Below the pieces are notes generated by a model. The model saw nothing but the letters and a program-made list of their open reading frames with translations, was not told the origin of the DNA and did no database searches. From the NCBI RefSeq assembly GCF_018350175.1, contig NC_058368.1, positions 164,302,001 to 164,366,000 of the forward strand: a stretch of DNA of 64,000 nt. The letters are read 5' to 3'. The DNA comes from Felis catus. Taxonomy: Eukaryota. This document shows, piece by piece, positions 50,151 through 64,000 of this stretch. Each line of letters begins with the position of its first letter. The first letter of the stretch is position 1. A program made the position numbers and the translations under genes.

Positions 50151-52460
50151 TTACTAATCATCCAGAAACTATTTTTTAATGTTAGGAGAAGCTCAGTATT
50201 ATGCACAATGGTCACCAAACAAATGCTGAGAGAATAAATAAATTCTTGGGAAGAAAGGCATGGTTCAAAACAAATATGGTAAAAAGTTAAAAAAAAAAGA
50301 ACTGTTTATAGGTAAATACACTCTGTCTTAATCTTAAGAAAAATGGGGAAGAAAAAAACATATGGCACCTTTTATATGACTTTAGAAATTATAATTTTGA
50401 CTCCTTTGATTTAAAGAGACTTATGGAAAACATATCTTTTATATAAGGCAATAGCTTTGGTGTTACTTTTTGGTTTCTTACCTATTTTAATTAAATATTC
50501 ACTTTAAATATATTTTGGGGAATGTTTATTCTAAATTCAAATGATTAGGGTTTTAAGTTCTGCCTCCAGTCATGGTAATTCAGTTATGTTTTTAAAAAGG
50601 AGGAAAAGTCATTTAAGAATCCCTTTCTCATTCTTATTTGAAAGTAATTCCTCAACTCATATTTTTTGATGATTATTTTTAAGTAACAAGCAGCTGGCAT
50701 TCGTGACCTGACATGAAAAGCATGACAGTTGGAGCTTTTAGCCACACTACTGCAGAAATCCAGCTCACCATAATCTTGATGGAAGGATTGGATTTCTGCT
50801 TTATTAGCTTTTCCTCAAGAGATAGACACTTGGCTATTTACTTCCACTTTCACCTTTGGGGGTGTCATTGTTGTTGCTTCTGGGTGACATTAACGACCTG
50901 TTCAGCTTAAATTCACCAAACTTTCAGAATGCAATTTAGTATCTGCTGAAGCCTTAAGGTAAACATACATGTGAGACAGTATTTCATACTGGAGTAGTCC
51001 CCATCCACCTATGTTATGAAGAGTGATCTTCTTAGAGGTAGTTGCACTCTATTCTCTAAATTGTTTTTAAATTTCCTTGTGGCTGACTTAAGTCAATAGA
51101 GCAGTGTAGTGCACCATTTGAAAAATCTCCTGTCTCACTTCTCAATACTCTCCATTTTTTTTTTTCATTTTAAGCAAGAGAACTCACTGTCATATACTGT
51201 ATAGTTATCTGTGATCTATTGGTCCAACTCTGCTGGATTAATGCCAGATTTCAACACTTAGCTCCCCACTGGCAAACTACTTTCCCACCAGTGGTTAAAA
51301 AATGATCACTTTTACGCTTAAGCACACACATTGACATCTCCCGTCTTGAATTCCTCTGAAAAAGAAGAAAAATAGCTAGAGAAGTCTACCATAGCAGCCC
51401 CCTCTGGCAGGGATTCGAAAGTAAAAGAACATTTTCAATTTCAGTCAAAACCAACTGGTTCAGAAAAGTTCAGGTACTTTAGAAGTTAACACAGAGCTCC
51501 CTTTGGTCCCATCAGGATTGATATTCCTATCTGCCCAGTTTGCTTTTACTCACTTCAGCTGTTTTGTTATTACTTATAGAAAATGTTGCCTCAGCTGGAA
51601 AGCAGAATGATATCAGAAACCATTTTTAGAGGAGTTTAATGATGATATTTCAGTGGGACAAAAGGAAGAGAGTGCCCCCTCAGGATTTCTTTAAAATCCT
51701 TAAAGCTAGGTTTTGAAAAGAACATGATTGGAATGCAGCAAGAAGCCTATCCTTAACAATCCTCTTCATTGAATTGCTTCCTAGTTGTTCTTTAAATGGC
51801 AACCCTTCATAGTATAGGGCATATTTACTTACTGGAAAAATGGCAACCTTCTCATGACACAAAACTATTAGTTTCACACAAAGAATTGAAATAAATTATT
51901 TTTCCCTTACCTATTTTAGGAAGAACTTTTAAGCTTTGGTCAAGAGATTTTTTATTTTCTTCTCAAGGGTAAATTGGATAAGAAATCTTGAAATTAAAAA
52001 AAAAGTGCCAATTGACTTTGAAAAAAATTGTTCATTTTCTTGAATTTGAAATTTTTGTGCTTTCCTTGATTTCTTAAGCAAACTGAATTAGATTACTATA
52101 GGTTTTTCATGAGTTATTAACATACAACAGATTAAAAATACTATGGTATTTTAATGAGGCTTTAAGTGAAATAAAGTCCAAAAGTTTTCTTAGATATCCA
52201 TGAAGGATATCTAAATATCTAAATAGAAAATTGGTGCTTATAAAAATTAGAATAAAACCAAAAAGGGTACAACCAACAAGGAGACGAGTACAGAAAGGTG
52301 TTGAGTTAGGTGTTGGCTGTGTATGAGTGGGCTTAGGATGATAGAGGTGCTTAAGAAACAAGTGCTGAAGTAGTCCCAGGAAGAAAGAAAGAACTAGATT
52401 TCATATTAGAAACCGTATCTTTTTTTTTTAACTCTTTACAATATACAAGTGGACATTTCT

Positions 52461-52684
52461 TTTTTTTTTAATTTTTTTTATTAACGTTTATTTATTTTTG
52501 AGACAGAGAGAGACAGAGCATGAATGGGGGAGGGTCAGAGAGAGAGGGAGACACAGAATCCGAAACAAGCTCCAGGCTCCGAGCCATCAGCACAGAGCCC
52601 GACGCGGGGCTGGAACTCACAGACTATGAGATCATGACCTGAGCCGAAGTCGGACGCTAACCGACTGAGCCACCCAGGCGCCCC
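52461..52684 (-). mobile_element. Felid CanSINE
   Basis: 16-bp TSD acaagtggacatttct at 52445-52460 and 52685-52700. Confidence 0.97.
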
Positions 52685-52700
52685 ACAAGTGGACATTTCT

Positions 52701-53150
52701 ATAAAGGGAGTGTATAAGCAAACAACCTTCATAAATCTATGTTGAAGGAGATGAACACATATAAAGGAAATATAGAAAAAGAAGAAACTGAGTTTAGGAG
52801 TAATGAGAAAAGGAGATACACAAGAATGCTGTCTTTACAGACAAAGGAGACAGTCAGTAGAAGGAAGTCATAAACAGTTATAGCTGTAGTGCAAAGGTCA
52901 AGGAGGATGATAACTGTTGTGTGGCTAGAGAAAGATGGGAACTGAAACAAATCAGTGAACTTTGTGACAAAGAGGTTTTTGTTGATCTTACAGCAATTTA
53001 AGTGGAGTGGTTGATGGAAGTTAGAAGAGATAAAGGAACAATCAGGAGCAATAATTAAATACTGCTATTTAAGAATTTTAACTGGGAAAGGAGGGATGAA
53101 TAATAGGATAGCAATCAGAAGAAGTAATGATAGAAGAGGATTGTGTTTGT
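52701..53150 (-). mobile_element. L2 relic
   Basis: Purine-rich; 'aaggtcaaggaggatgataactg' and 'gaggtttttgttgatctta...agtggagtggt'. Confidence 0.55.
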
Positions 53151-53412
53151 GTATGTGTGTGTTTTGATATAAGGTATTTTATAATATTAAAAAGCTTCTT
53201 GAGTTAGAAAGAAATGAGGAAGAACTAGAAGAAGCTTGAGACAATTGCCTCTTAATATGCTAGCTAGAAGATAATTAGAAATAATATTCTTTAAAATTAG
53301 TAGAAAATGTAATAAATCACCATAGAAGTGAGGAGTTTGCCTTTAACTCTGAGATCATAAAGATAGATGAGCAAAAAAAAAATGGTAGAAAAAGGGTGAA
53401 GATATATACCTG

Positions 53413-53415
<3 letters not shown>

Positions 53416-53461
<46 letters not shown>
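53416..53461. repeat. (TA)n microsatellite
   Basis: Directly visible. Confidence 0.95.
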
Positions 53462-53464
<3 letters not shown>

Positions 53465-54948
53465 CACACATGGAATGGTTTGGGGTTTTTTTGTTTGTTT
53501 TTACTTTTCAGTGGTAAGATCAAGTATACAGAAAAAGTCAAACATTTGTATAGCAAACACCCTTATACTCACATACAGTTTCTACAATTATTAACAACAA
53601 CAACAATAAAAAACAATTATTAACATATTCCATGAATTATCTTTCTGTGTCTGTGACTTTCTTCTTTCTGTAGCTGAAAAATTTCAAAGTAACTTGAAGC
53701 TATAATGACATTTCATAATTCAGTATTCATCTTCTGAATTCATCACATATTGATAAATTTAAAGTCATTCCCTAATATTAATATCCAATTTGGAATTATT
53801 TTGATCACATTAATGGAGATTGCAAGTGAAAATAGAGACAAGATGTTGGGGATTTACCAGAGATCAGAAAGTTGGAATGTTATTTACAGACTAAGATGGA
53901 GTAAGTGAGGACTAACAAGTGAAGATTGGAACAAAATTGTAGTTTTGTGGTCTAAACATTCAGAAAGATATGCCTACTCTATAACTGAAGAAAGTAGACA
54001 GATGTCTATGTTATGTGAATTTTTGAGTGCAAAAAATTCATTACCACTTTCCCTATCCCATATTTCTATCCCTGCCATAGTTCTTAAACTTTTCATGCTA
54101 TATATTACTTTAGGTTAAATGAGTTGATGGTCTCTGTTAGAGTGAAAATACACTGATTACTGTATCAGTGTTCTGGATTAGTAAACACTACTTATATCTT
54201 AACAATACTTAGCATAAATAAATAACTCTTTAATGCAGAATCTCTGGAACCTATGGTATTCTACTTATAGATAATTTTGTAAATGAAATTTCCACTGGTG
54301 TCTTTAAGACACTCTGTGTTTTAACTGCTTTCATTGTTTGTGTGGAGGATTGGCTGTATGTTCAATTTGACTCTTAATTTAAAAGTAACTAAAATGACCA
54401 ATGTAATGTTTTCATTAGCTTATAGTATAAATGCACCTACATCTCCATTAATTCTTAATAATTATTATTAAGTGTTATGTTTTTATTAAGAAGAATACCA
54501 GTATCTATTTCTGGAGATTTCCTTGCCATGAATAGGCCAATAATCTATGGCATACTCAGGGTTTACTTATTCCTAAATGCATTGCTTCTTATACCAAACC
54601 CAGGAGAGAAAGTGACAGCGACAGAGAAATAGCAAGACAAATAACTCACTTGCCTGGTTATTCCACAGTTTTTACACTTCATGTGCAAACCCCAAGGTCA
54701 TTGGGAGAAAGTCTTAGAATAATCAGAGGAAATTGTCTTCATAGTTTGGAAGAGAAATATGCAGACAGAAAAAGGAAAGAATGATATTTCACTCATATTG
54801 TCATTGTGAAGTTGAAATGAGTTGCTGATACATGTAAGCCATTTAGAACAATACAGCACATGGCAAACATGCAGTATAAATGTTAGGTGATACACATGTT
54901 TTCAGTACTTAATGCACTTGCACATACTGTTGACTTAGATAATATTGC

Positions 54949-54951
<3 letters not shown>

Positions 54952-54995
<44 letters not shown>
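54952..54995. repeat. (TC)n microsatellite
   Basis: Directly visible. Confidence 0.95.
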
Positions 54996-54999
<4 letters not shown>

Positions 55000-55456
55000 G
55001 ATTGGGCAAAAAATGAAGTCACACATGTGCACACACAGCAAAAAATATTTATTCCTTCAGATTATTTAGCTCTCTTAGCTTTTTCTCTTGTCCATCATGA
55101 GGATAGGAAGGAACAGAATTGAGATACAAAATGGCCTCAAAAGAAGCACAAGTCCAGACATGAGCATCTTTTTCTCCAGTGGGTACTAAGTGGAAGAAAA
55201 AAACACTCAAAGTACTTGTATACTGCTTTTTAAAAAATTACCATTTTTATTAGAAATTTCAATAGTTTCTATAGAAATTAAGCAATTTTTATTATTTTCC
55301 TGTCACTGAAGCATTAAGAGGAGTCAAATTTCAGGTCACATCCATTGTAGAATCTGATTGTAATGCTACACCTTGGGTTAATTATATTGCTATTTAAGAC
55401 ACGTTTGAAGAACATGAACTAAATATCCTACTTTTGCAGTGTAATATTTCAGAGTT

Positions 55457-55499
<43 letters not shown>

Positions 55500-55532
55500 G
55501 TGTGTAATATATGTATGTGTATATATATATGT
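55457..55532. repeat. (TA)n with CA/TG variants
   Basis: Directly visible. Confidence 0.9.
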
Positions 55533-57339
55533 AAATATAGACTCATCAGAAAAATAATAAATACATGTGTCATACCAAATTTCTCTTAATTTATTCTGCA
55601 TTCTTGAATTTTGGTCATTCATATTTCTTTATGTCAAATAGCAAGCATTTAACCAACATTAATAAGTCTCTGCTATTCTAAATTCTAAATATAAATTTAT
55701 TTTACATAAAAAATTTAGAAGCATAAGGACTTCTGAAAACCTGATGTATTATGATTTTGCCCTATTATTTTGAAAATGAAACACAAATTTCAAATATTAG
55801 ACTATAAAGATGAAAAATAGTACTAGGTGGCAAAGACTGAATTTGGAAGAACTGTGTTCCTGTGGAAGTTGCAAATTTGCTTCTGTTATAAGAAAAGTGA
55901 TTGTTAAAACACTTCGCTTTCTTTCTAAAATACATCAGTTCTATTGGAAGTCTCTTATAAAATATCTTTACATGGTAATCAGTTTATTAGGCTTTCAAAG
56001 TTGAAACCTGAAATTCAACCTTTTGTAATTAGGAATTCCTGAACACAGGCTTTCCCTGCTCATAACCTCTTAAGCCTGGGATGTAACCTGGCTCTTGGTA
56101 GTGATGGACAGATTTTTAGTATCAGATACTTCAGCATTTCCTGAATTTAGGTAAACATAGAAATGTCCCTTCTGTGATTTTCTAAATTTTGGGTCTGGTT
56201 TTACTTATTTTTTTTTATCAAAACATACCCATTCTCCAATAAAATCTGGTTATTCTGTAAATACCTGCAATCTGTCACAACCTTAAGGTTTATTATATTT
56301 AATTTCCAGTCTGTGATGATATAGTGAATTTGGTCATCAGTATGAATCAGATTATAACCCAGAAAGTAAAGTTAAACAAAAACACCAGTTATTTCAATGC
56401 TGAAGTTTATATGAGGTTTGTCAGTTGCCTGATTGGTTTTAAACATCCTAAATATCATCAGAAAATATACAAATGTTGAAGGTACTTCTTCAAAGTTAAT
56501 ATAGGATTATGAAGTATTCCTTAAATGCCCTCATTCTGTGATTAGTAAATACTTTTTTTTCTTGTTAATCAACCAAATGTCCTCCTTACTCTTATTTTAT
56601 TTATAAAGCGACAAAAGTAGTTAGAAACATAAAATTATGCAGCATAGGCCAACCCTAGCCACTCAAGAGATAAGAAAAAATAAGATTTACACAAATGGGT
56701 AGATCTCACATTTTCACCGGGGTGGGACTTGACCTCTATATAGTTCTATGGAAGGGGATGCGCTAGTTGTGCCTTATGTTTGCATTCCAAAATTTCTTCA
56801 TGCCTAAACCAATGCTGAGACATATCTTGATAAAAGCTGTCTCATTTTGTAAATGCTGAAGAATGAGTAAAGAAACAACCACTCTGGTATCAAATGAGTT
56901 CACTAGGGGCCAAAAGAGTCTTTAGATAAAAATACAATAGCAAAGAAAATGGCTGCTATTGGCTCTGGTAGTTTGAAGGTAATGTGAGCAGATTTTTACT
57001 TGGTAACTTTATATTTTAATAACTTTCAGAATAAGACTTGGCATTTGTGTTTTAATTTTTAATTTCTTTGGAATATACTTACTTCCAAAATCTAAAAAAA
57101 ATACCTATGTATGCACACACTTAATCGTCTATCACATATTTAATATATATGACTTTCTCTTATCAGAATAGATACTATACAGAGTCTGCTCTTTGCACTG
57201 CTAGCTTCTGAATCAAAATCTTGTTTAAGTGGATCTAATTTGCAGAGTTAGACTTCTTACTTGAACTTCAGCTTTAAGGGAATCCCCAAAATTTGATTTC
57301 ACGTAACTATTTTGGAAATTTATTATTTATTTTAAGGAC

Positions 57340-57730
57340 TAAGTTCCTATAGCAAAGATATCCCAAAGTACAGTGGATTATGGAAAAGATAAGTGCATTT
57401 TTTCTCATATGGAAGTCCTAAGATGACTGTCCAGATTGGAGGGAGGCTATGCTCTGGATGCTCATTCTGGGCCTGGACCTTTCCATTTCCTTGGTTGGCT
57501 GTACTACAAGGCTGCTATCCTCATATGTATAATCAGAGCTTTTGATTGCAAACACATCATTATTTTAATTCACAGGAAGAAAAAAGGAAAGCACTAGTAC
57601 AGAAGGAGGGCTATCTTTTACATTCGAGATGACTCAAGAGTTGTTAACAGTCTCCTTAGAATCTTTTTCCAGAAGAGACCTTTTAAGAAAGTCTCTTTCA
57701 GAGGAGGCTGGGAAACATCTCTAGCTGGGC
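57340..57730 (-). mobile_element. Probable old MaLR LTR (MLT1J-like, antisense)
   Basis: 'cccaaagtacagtgg...aagataagtgcatttttctc' and 'ggaggctgggaaacatct'. Confidence 0.5.
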
Positions 57731-59189
57731 AGTGATGTACTCCATTACATCTCTATCACTGTGGAAGGAAGAGGACCTGCCTGACCCTGACATGGGAACT
57801 CCTATCTCCAGGAGTTCCTTGAACTTAGTAAAGGTGTGCTGCTGCATGATTGCATACACCTTTAAACGGCATTTTAAGTTCTTCAAGGAATCTATATAAA
57901 TTCAAATTTTACAGTAGAAATCACTTATCTATAAAACTTAAAATCTGTATTTCAGAAAACGCAATATTCTAATGACATTTTCACAGGACAGCTAATTGGC
58001 ACCTATCAAGTTCTACATGAAAAGCTTGAAAAAATATGAGTATAAATGTATTAATAAAAATGTGGAGGGTTTTTTTTTTGGATCCTAAGTGCTTAATTTG
58101 TCTTCCAATATGATCACTTAATGTACTCCCATTTACTTATTTGTTCTTCTAACCAATAGTTGTTGAATGCCTATTTCATATTTGTATATATGGAAAGTTA
58201 AAAATAACATGTTACCTACTCTCAAGGAAATTAACATTTAATAAGAAATATAACACATATAAAAGATCTTCTGCAGAAGACAGAATAAAACAAAAATGCC
58301 CTTTTGTTTGATTTCTGAGAATTTGATTTCCAGAGGTACATAGAAAATTTAAGTTCAAGGAAAGAGTAATCCGTTTTAGTTGGGTTCCAACTATGAGAAC
58401 ATCCAAGAATTATTTGTTACACTTTGAAGAAGCACTTTTCGATGAGAACTAATTGATCAGAGAATAATGTTATTTCTGTATTATTCACAATTACTTGAGA
58501 TTTTCAACAACTTTTCTTAGTAATTTTGCAGCCTCAATGACATATGAGTTCAGAAAACCCCAGAGGGTTGTGTCTTCTCAAATAGAGATAAGCGGACTGT
58601 CAGCATGTCCATCTTCTCTTCCAAACTGCCTTAAGAATGACAGGCCACAAATCACTCTGGACAGGAAGAAATGAAAGTCTGTGTCAACTGCGTTCTTTCC
58701 CCTCTGGGTTTGAAGATGACGAAATCCTTTTAAACTATACATTAATATGTAGTAATTGATAAATCTCGATCAGGTTGAATGCTGTCAGTCTCATTGTGGG
58801 TGTATCTATAGTTAGCAGCCTACAAACGGCCATTTGCCTCTTGTTCAAGGAGCAGAAACAGAAATTTTCCTACTAGTATGTAAATATGAGTAAAGACCAC
58901 TGTTAAAGCATGTCTAGGGATTGCTTTGTTTATACTTAGTAGACATATTATATCCATGTGACACTTAATAAAATTATCTTTACTCTTCTTAAGTTGGGGT
59001 CTCTCAAGAAATGTTTTGGTAGTTGAGGAAAAATTGGTGAGACACTGAGGCCTACTACATTGATTAAAACAACGTGCTTATGGCATTTCTTCTCTTTAAA
59101 ATCTATAGATAATTTTAAGGATCTTTCTTGAATCAATTGGAACCAAGTCCATAATAATGTTTACTGTAAATTCAGCAAACAATCTCTCT

Positions 59190-59325
59190 CTCTTTTCTTA
59201 GATTCTATTTATAAATGAAATCATATGGTATTTGCCTTTATCTGACTTATTTCACTTAGCATAATACCCTTTAGGTCAATCCATGTTGTTGCAAATATTC
59301 ATTCTTTTTTATGGCTGAGCAGTAG

Positions 59326-59376
<51 letters not shown>

Positions 59377-61985
59377 TACCACATCTTCCTTATCTATTTA
59401 CCTACCAGTGGACACTTGGGTTGCTTCTATATGTTGGCTATTGTAAATAATGCTGCACTAAACATAGAGGTGTATATACTCTTTGGAATTAGGGTTTTCA
59501 TTTTTTTTTTTTTTGATAAATGCCCAGTAGTATAATTAAGGGATCATATAGAATTGCTGTGTTTAATTTTTTGAGTAGCCTCCATACTGTTTTCCACAGT
59601 GATTACCCAATTTATATTACCACCAATAGTACATTCAGGTTCCCTTTTCTCTACATTTGTTATTTTGTGCCTTTTTGATATTAGCCATACTGACTGGTAT
59701 GAGGTGCTATCTCTTTGCATTCCTTGATGATTACTGATGTCAAGCATGTTTTCATGTGTCTATTGGCCATGTGTATGCCTTCTTTGGAAAAATGTTCAGG
59801 TCTTCTGCCCATTTTTTAATCACTTTTTTTTTGGTGTTGAGTTGTAAAATTTCTTTATGTACTTTGGATATTAACCCATCATTAGATATAACATTTGCAA
59901 GTATCTTCTTCCATTCGCTAGGTTGCCTTTTTGTTTTGTTGAACGTGTAATCACTTTTTATTTTGGTATATTCCAAATAGTTAATTTTTGCTTTTGCTTC
60001 CCTTGCCTGAGACTTACCCATAAATATGTTGCTAAGGCTGATGTCCCATAGATTACTGCTATGTTTTCTTTTAGGAGTTTTATGGTTTCATGTCTCACAA
60101 ATAGATCTTTAATCGATTTTCAGTTTATTTTTGTGTACCATGTAAAAAAGTGGTCCAGTTTTATTTTTTGGCCTGTTGCTGTCCAGTTTTCCCAGGATCA
60201 TTTGTCGAAGAGACTGTCCTTTCTTCATTGTATATTCTTGCTTCATTTGTCATAGATTAATTGACCACATAAGCATGGTGTATTCATGGTCTTTCTGTCC
60301 TGTTCTGTTGATCTGTGTGTCTTTTTGTGTCAGTACTGTAATGTTTTGATTACTATAGTTTTGTAGTATATCTTTAAATCTGGGATTGTGGTACCTCCAG
60401 CTTTGTTCTTTTTATTTTTATTTTTTTTATTAATTATTTAAAATTTTAATTCCAGTATAATTAATGTACAGTGTTTTATTGGTTTCAGGTGTATAATATA
60501 GTAAGTTAACAATTCCATAAATTACTCAGGCCTCCTCACGATAAGTGTACTCTAATCACCTTCACATATTGTACCCATCCCACTCCCACACTTCCCCTCC
60601 GGTAACCATCTGTTTGTTCTCTATAGTTAAGAATCTCTTTATTGTTTTGCTTCTTTTTTTCTTTGTTTTTTTTTTTTAATTCCACATATGAGTGAAATCA
60701 TATGGCATTTATCTCTCTGTGACTGATATATTTCACTTAGCATTATACCCTCTAGATCTATCCATGTTGTCAAAGATGGCAAGATTTCATTCTTTTTTAT
60801 GGCTGAGTAATATTTTAGTGTATGTGCGTGCGTGTGTGTGTGTATACCACATCTTCTTTATCCATTCATCTGTGGATGGATAGTTGGGCTGCTTCCATAA
60901 TTTGACTATTGTAAATAATGCAGTAAAAATAGGGGTGTATGTATCTTTTTGGATTAGTGTTTCCATTTTCTTTGGGTAAATACCCAGTTCTGGAATTACT
61001 GGATAATATAGTAATTCTATTTTTAATTTTTTGAAGAGCCTCCATAGTGTTGTCCACAGTGGGTGCACCATTTTGCATTCCTACCATCAATTTATGAGGG
61101 TTCCTTTTTCTTTACATCCTTACCAGCACTTGTTGTTTCTTGTGTTTTTGATTGTAGCCCAACTTTGTTCTTCTTTCTCAAGAATGCTTCAGCTATTTGA
61201 GGTCTTTTGTGGTTCTATACACATTTTAGGATTATTTGTTCTAGTTCTGTGAAAAATGCTGTTGGTATTTTGATAGAGATTGCATTGAATCTGTAGATTG
61301 ATTTAGGTAGTATGGACATTTTAATGATGTTAATTCCAACAATCCATGAGCATGATATATCTTTCCATTTTTTTGTGTATCATCTTCAGTTTCTTTCATC
61401 AGTGTCTTATAGTTACCAGAATATAGGTCTTTCACCCTCGTGGTCAAATTTATTCCTAGATATTTTATTCTTTTTGGTGCAATTGCAAATAGGATTGTTT
61501 TCTTAATTTGTCTTTCTGATTGTTCATTTCTAGCAAATAGAAATACAACAAACTTATGTATGTTAATTTTTATATCCTGCAACTTTACTGAATTCATTTA
61601 TCAGTTCTATTAATTTTTAGTGGAGTATTTAGTGTTTCCTATATAAGTATCATGTCATCTGCACAGTGACATGTTTTATTCTTCCTTATCAATTTGGATG
61701 CCTTTTATTTCCTTTTCTTCTCTGATTGCTGCAGGTAGATCTTCCAATACTATGTTATATAAAAGTGGTGAGAGTGGACATCCGTGTACTATTCCTGGTC
61801 TTAGAGGAAAAGCTTTCAGTTTTTAATCATTGTGTATGAGATTAGCTATGGGTTTTTTATATATGGCCTTCACCATGTCAAGTTGTGTTCTCTTGAAACC
61901 CACTTTGTGGAGAGTTTTTATCATGAATAGATGTTATATTTTGTAAAATGATTTTTCTGCATCTATTGAGATGATTATATGGTCT
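59190..61985 (-). mobile_element. Truncated carnivore L1 (ORF2 3' half plus part of 3'UTR), interrupted by a second L1
   Basis: Antisense L1 text. Minus-strand ORFs at 61241-61597 (KRIKYLGINLT) and 59752-60021. (TG)n at 59328-59372. Confidence 0.93.
60411..61158 (-). mobile_element. L1 3' end nested in the preceding L1
   Basis: Has its own T-rich tail and 3'UTR. TSD ccagctttgttctt (60397-60410) / ccaactttgttctt (61159-61172). Confidence 0.92.
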
Positions 61986-62019
61986 CCCTTTTTAATTTTA
62001 AATTAATTGTTAATACTTA

Positions 62020-63865
62020 TTTGTTATTACTTTTTAGAGATACAATTCACATACTGTAAAATTCACTCCTTTAAAATGTGCAAGTCAAGTCAACACTTGT
62101 AGTATATTTTATACCATATCATGTGTAAATGTGTATCATGTGTATCATGTGTATCATGTGTATCATGGAGATTGTACACCATTATCATTCTTTAATTCCA
62201 GTGCAGTTTCCACTCCAAAAAGAAACCCTAAAGCTGTTCTTAGACTCAGTACCCATTTGGGAGCCACTAATATACCTTTTGTATCTATGTATTTTTCCAT
62301 TCTCGACATTTTATTAATTAAATCATAGGGACTTAAAATCACATTTAACCATAATGAAAATGTGGCCTTTTGTGTTTGATTTATTTAATATAATGTTTTC
62401 AGAGTTTACCTGTGCCATCGTATGTATCAATACTTCATTTCTTTTGGGTGAGTAATATTTCATTTTATGGATTTACTACATTATATTGGTCAGGATTCTT
62501 CAGAGAACCGTAACCATAGAACCATGAGCTATTCCTGTTGGTGTGTGTGTGTGTGTGTATGATTTATTATATGTTTCATGTGATCATGGAGGCTGAAAAG
62601 TCCCATTGTCTGACATCTGCAAGCTAGACACCCAGGAAAGCCAGTGGTATAGTTTGTAGGCTTGAAAGCTGGAAAGCTGATGGTATACATGCCATTACCA
62701 GTCTGAAGGCCTGAGAATCAGGAGTGCTGAGGCCAAGAGAAGATTATGTACCAGCTCTATCAGTCAGAGCAGTAACTAGTCAGGCAGAGTGAGAATTCGA
62801 CCTTCCTCTTTTTGTTCTATTCAGGCCTTCAATGGATTGGGTGATGCCTACTCATATTAAAGAAGGCCATCTGCTGTATTTAGCCCACTGATTAAAATGT
62901 TAATATCTTTTGGAAACACCCTCACAGACACACCCAGAAATATTGTTTAACCAGTTATTTGAGCATCTCCTTGCTTTGTCGAGTTGACACATAAAATTAG
63001 CCATCATATATATTTTGTTTTATCTATTCATTAGTTGATAGACACTTGGGTTATTTTCACCTACTGTTATGAATAATACTCCTGTTATATTTATATACAC
63101 ATTTTTGTATGAACATATGTTTGCATTTCTACTCAGTATATACCTAGGAGTGGCATTGCTGGGTCATATGGTAACTCTATGTTTAACTTTTTGAGGAACT
63201 GCCGAACTGTTTTCCAAAATAGCTCTTTCATTTTGCATTCCTACCAGCAGTGTATTAAGGTTCCATTTTCTCTACATCATTGCCAATAGTTGATAATTCT
63301 CTTTTTGATTATAGCCACTCTGGTCATTTTTTGTTTGTTTGTTTTGCTTTTTATTTACCTAACGATTAGTGGTGTTAAGTATCTTTTTATGTATATATTG
63401 GGCATTTGTATATCTTCCTTGAACAAATGTCTATTCAGATCTTTTGCCCATATGTTGATTGAGTTATTTGTCTTTTTCTTATTGATTTATAAATGATCTT
63501 TAAGTATTCTGGATACTAGATATATGAAAGTTATAGGTAACACTGAGTTATAGCATATCTATATCTATATCTATCTATCTATCTAGATATATCTAGATAG
63601 ATATGATTTGTAAATGTTTTATCCCTTTCTTTGAGTATCCTTTTGAGGCACACCTATTTTATATTTTGATAAAATTCAATTTATCTACTTTTTTTGTTGC
63701 TTATACTTTAGTGCATATCTAATACTCCATTGACTAATCCAAGGTCATAAAGATATGCACCTATTTTATGCTAAGAGCTTGATAGTTTTAGGTATTATAT
63801 TTAGGTGTTTGAACAATTTTGAATTATTTTTGTATAACATGAGAGGTAGGGATCCAACTTCATTG
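62020..63865 (-). mobile_element. Older L1 3' region (L1MB/MC-age) interrupted by an MLT2 LTR
   Basis: 'agatacaattcacatactgtaaaattcactcctttaaaatgt' 3' end and 'tatacctaggagtggcattgctgggtcatatggtaactctatgttt'. Confidence 0.85.
62481..63008 (-). mobile_element. ERVL LTR (MLT2 family)
   Basis: 'gtcaggattcttcagaga...tctgcaagctagacacccaggaaagcc...gttgacacataaaattagccatca' is reverse MLT2. Confidence 0.9.
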
Positions 63866-64000
63866 GAATTACTCTCTAATGTTCTTTCATTTAAACCTAA
63901 AGGACTTACTTTAATATATCTTGTGCAAACCTGATAGTGAGATGTGTTCTCACCTTTGTCTGTATTGTGATTTTCTAATTCTTCAGTTTTAATGAGTTCC

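Noticed and set aside
51393..51412. CTCF-like motif gcagccccctctggcagg
   Set aside because: Needs a gap or two core mismatches to fit the consensus; too weak on its own.

Overview
Mammalian genomic DNA, almost certainly from a cat-family (Felidae) genome, judged from near-consensus felid tRNA-derived CanSINEs (SINEC_Fc type) and a felid L1 3' end. The window is AT-rich and rich in repeats. I cannot support any intact cellular protein-coding gene, RNA gene or CRISPR-like array. Nearly all listed ORFs fall in SINEs, L1 fragments or microsatellites, or are chance frames. Contents: 17 CanSINEs, one near-full-length dead carnivore L1 (41.8-48.2 kb), several truncated or nested L1s, MaLR/ERVL/ERV LTRs, old hAT DNA transposons, L2/MIR relics, and one CpG-island-like promoter candidate at about 7.5-8.05 kb. 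Most notable details: a solo LTR with a perfect 6-bp TSD in a three-level nest; an L1 with an apparent short 3' transduction; two short local copy-paste duplications at about 1.44 and 1.50 kb spacing, one datable between two SINE insertions; and deletion of the RT catalytic motif from the long L1. I found no convincing new biological system. Repeat subfamily names come from my recall of consensus sequences, not from a database search, and boundaries of old elements are approximate.
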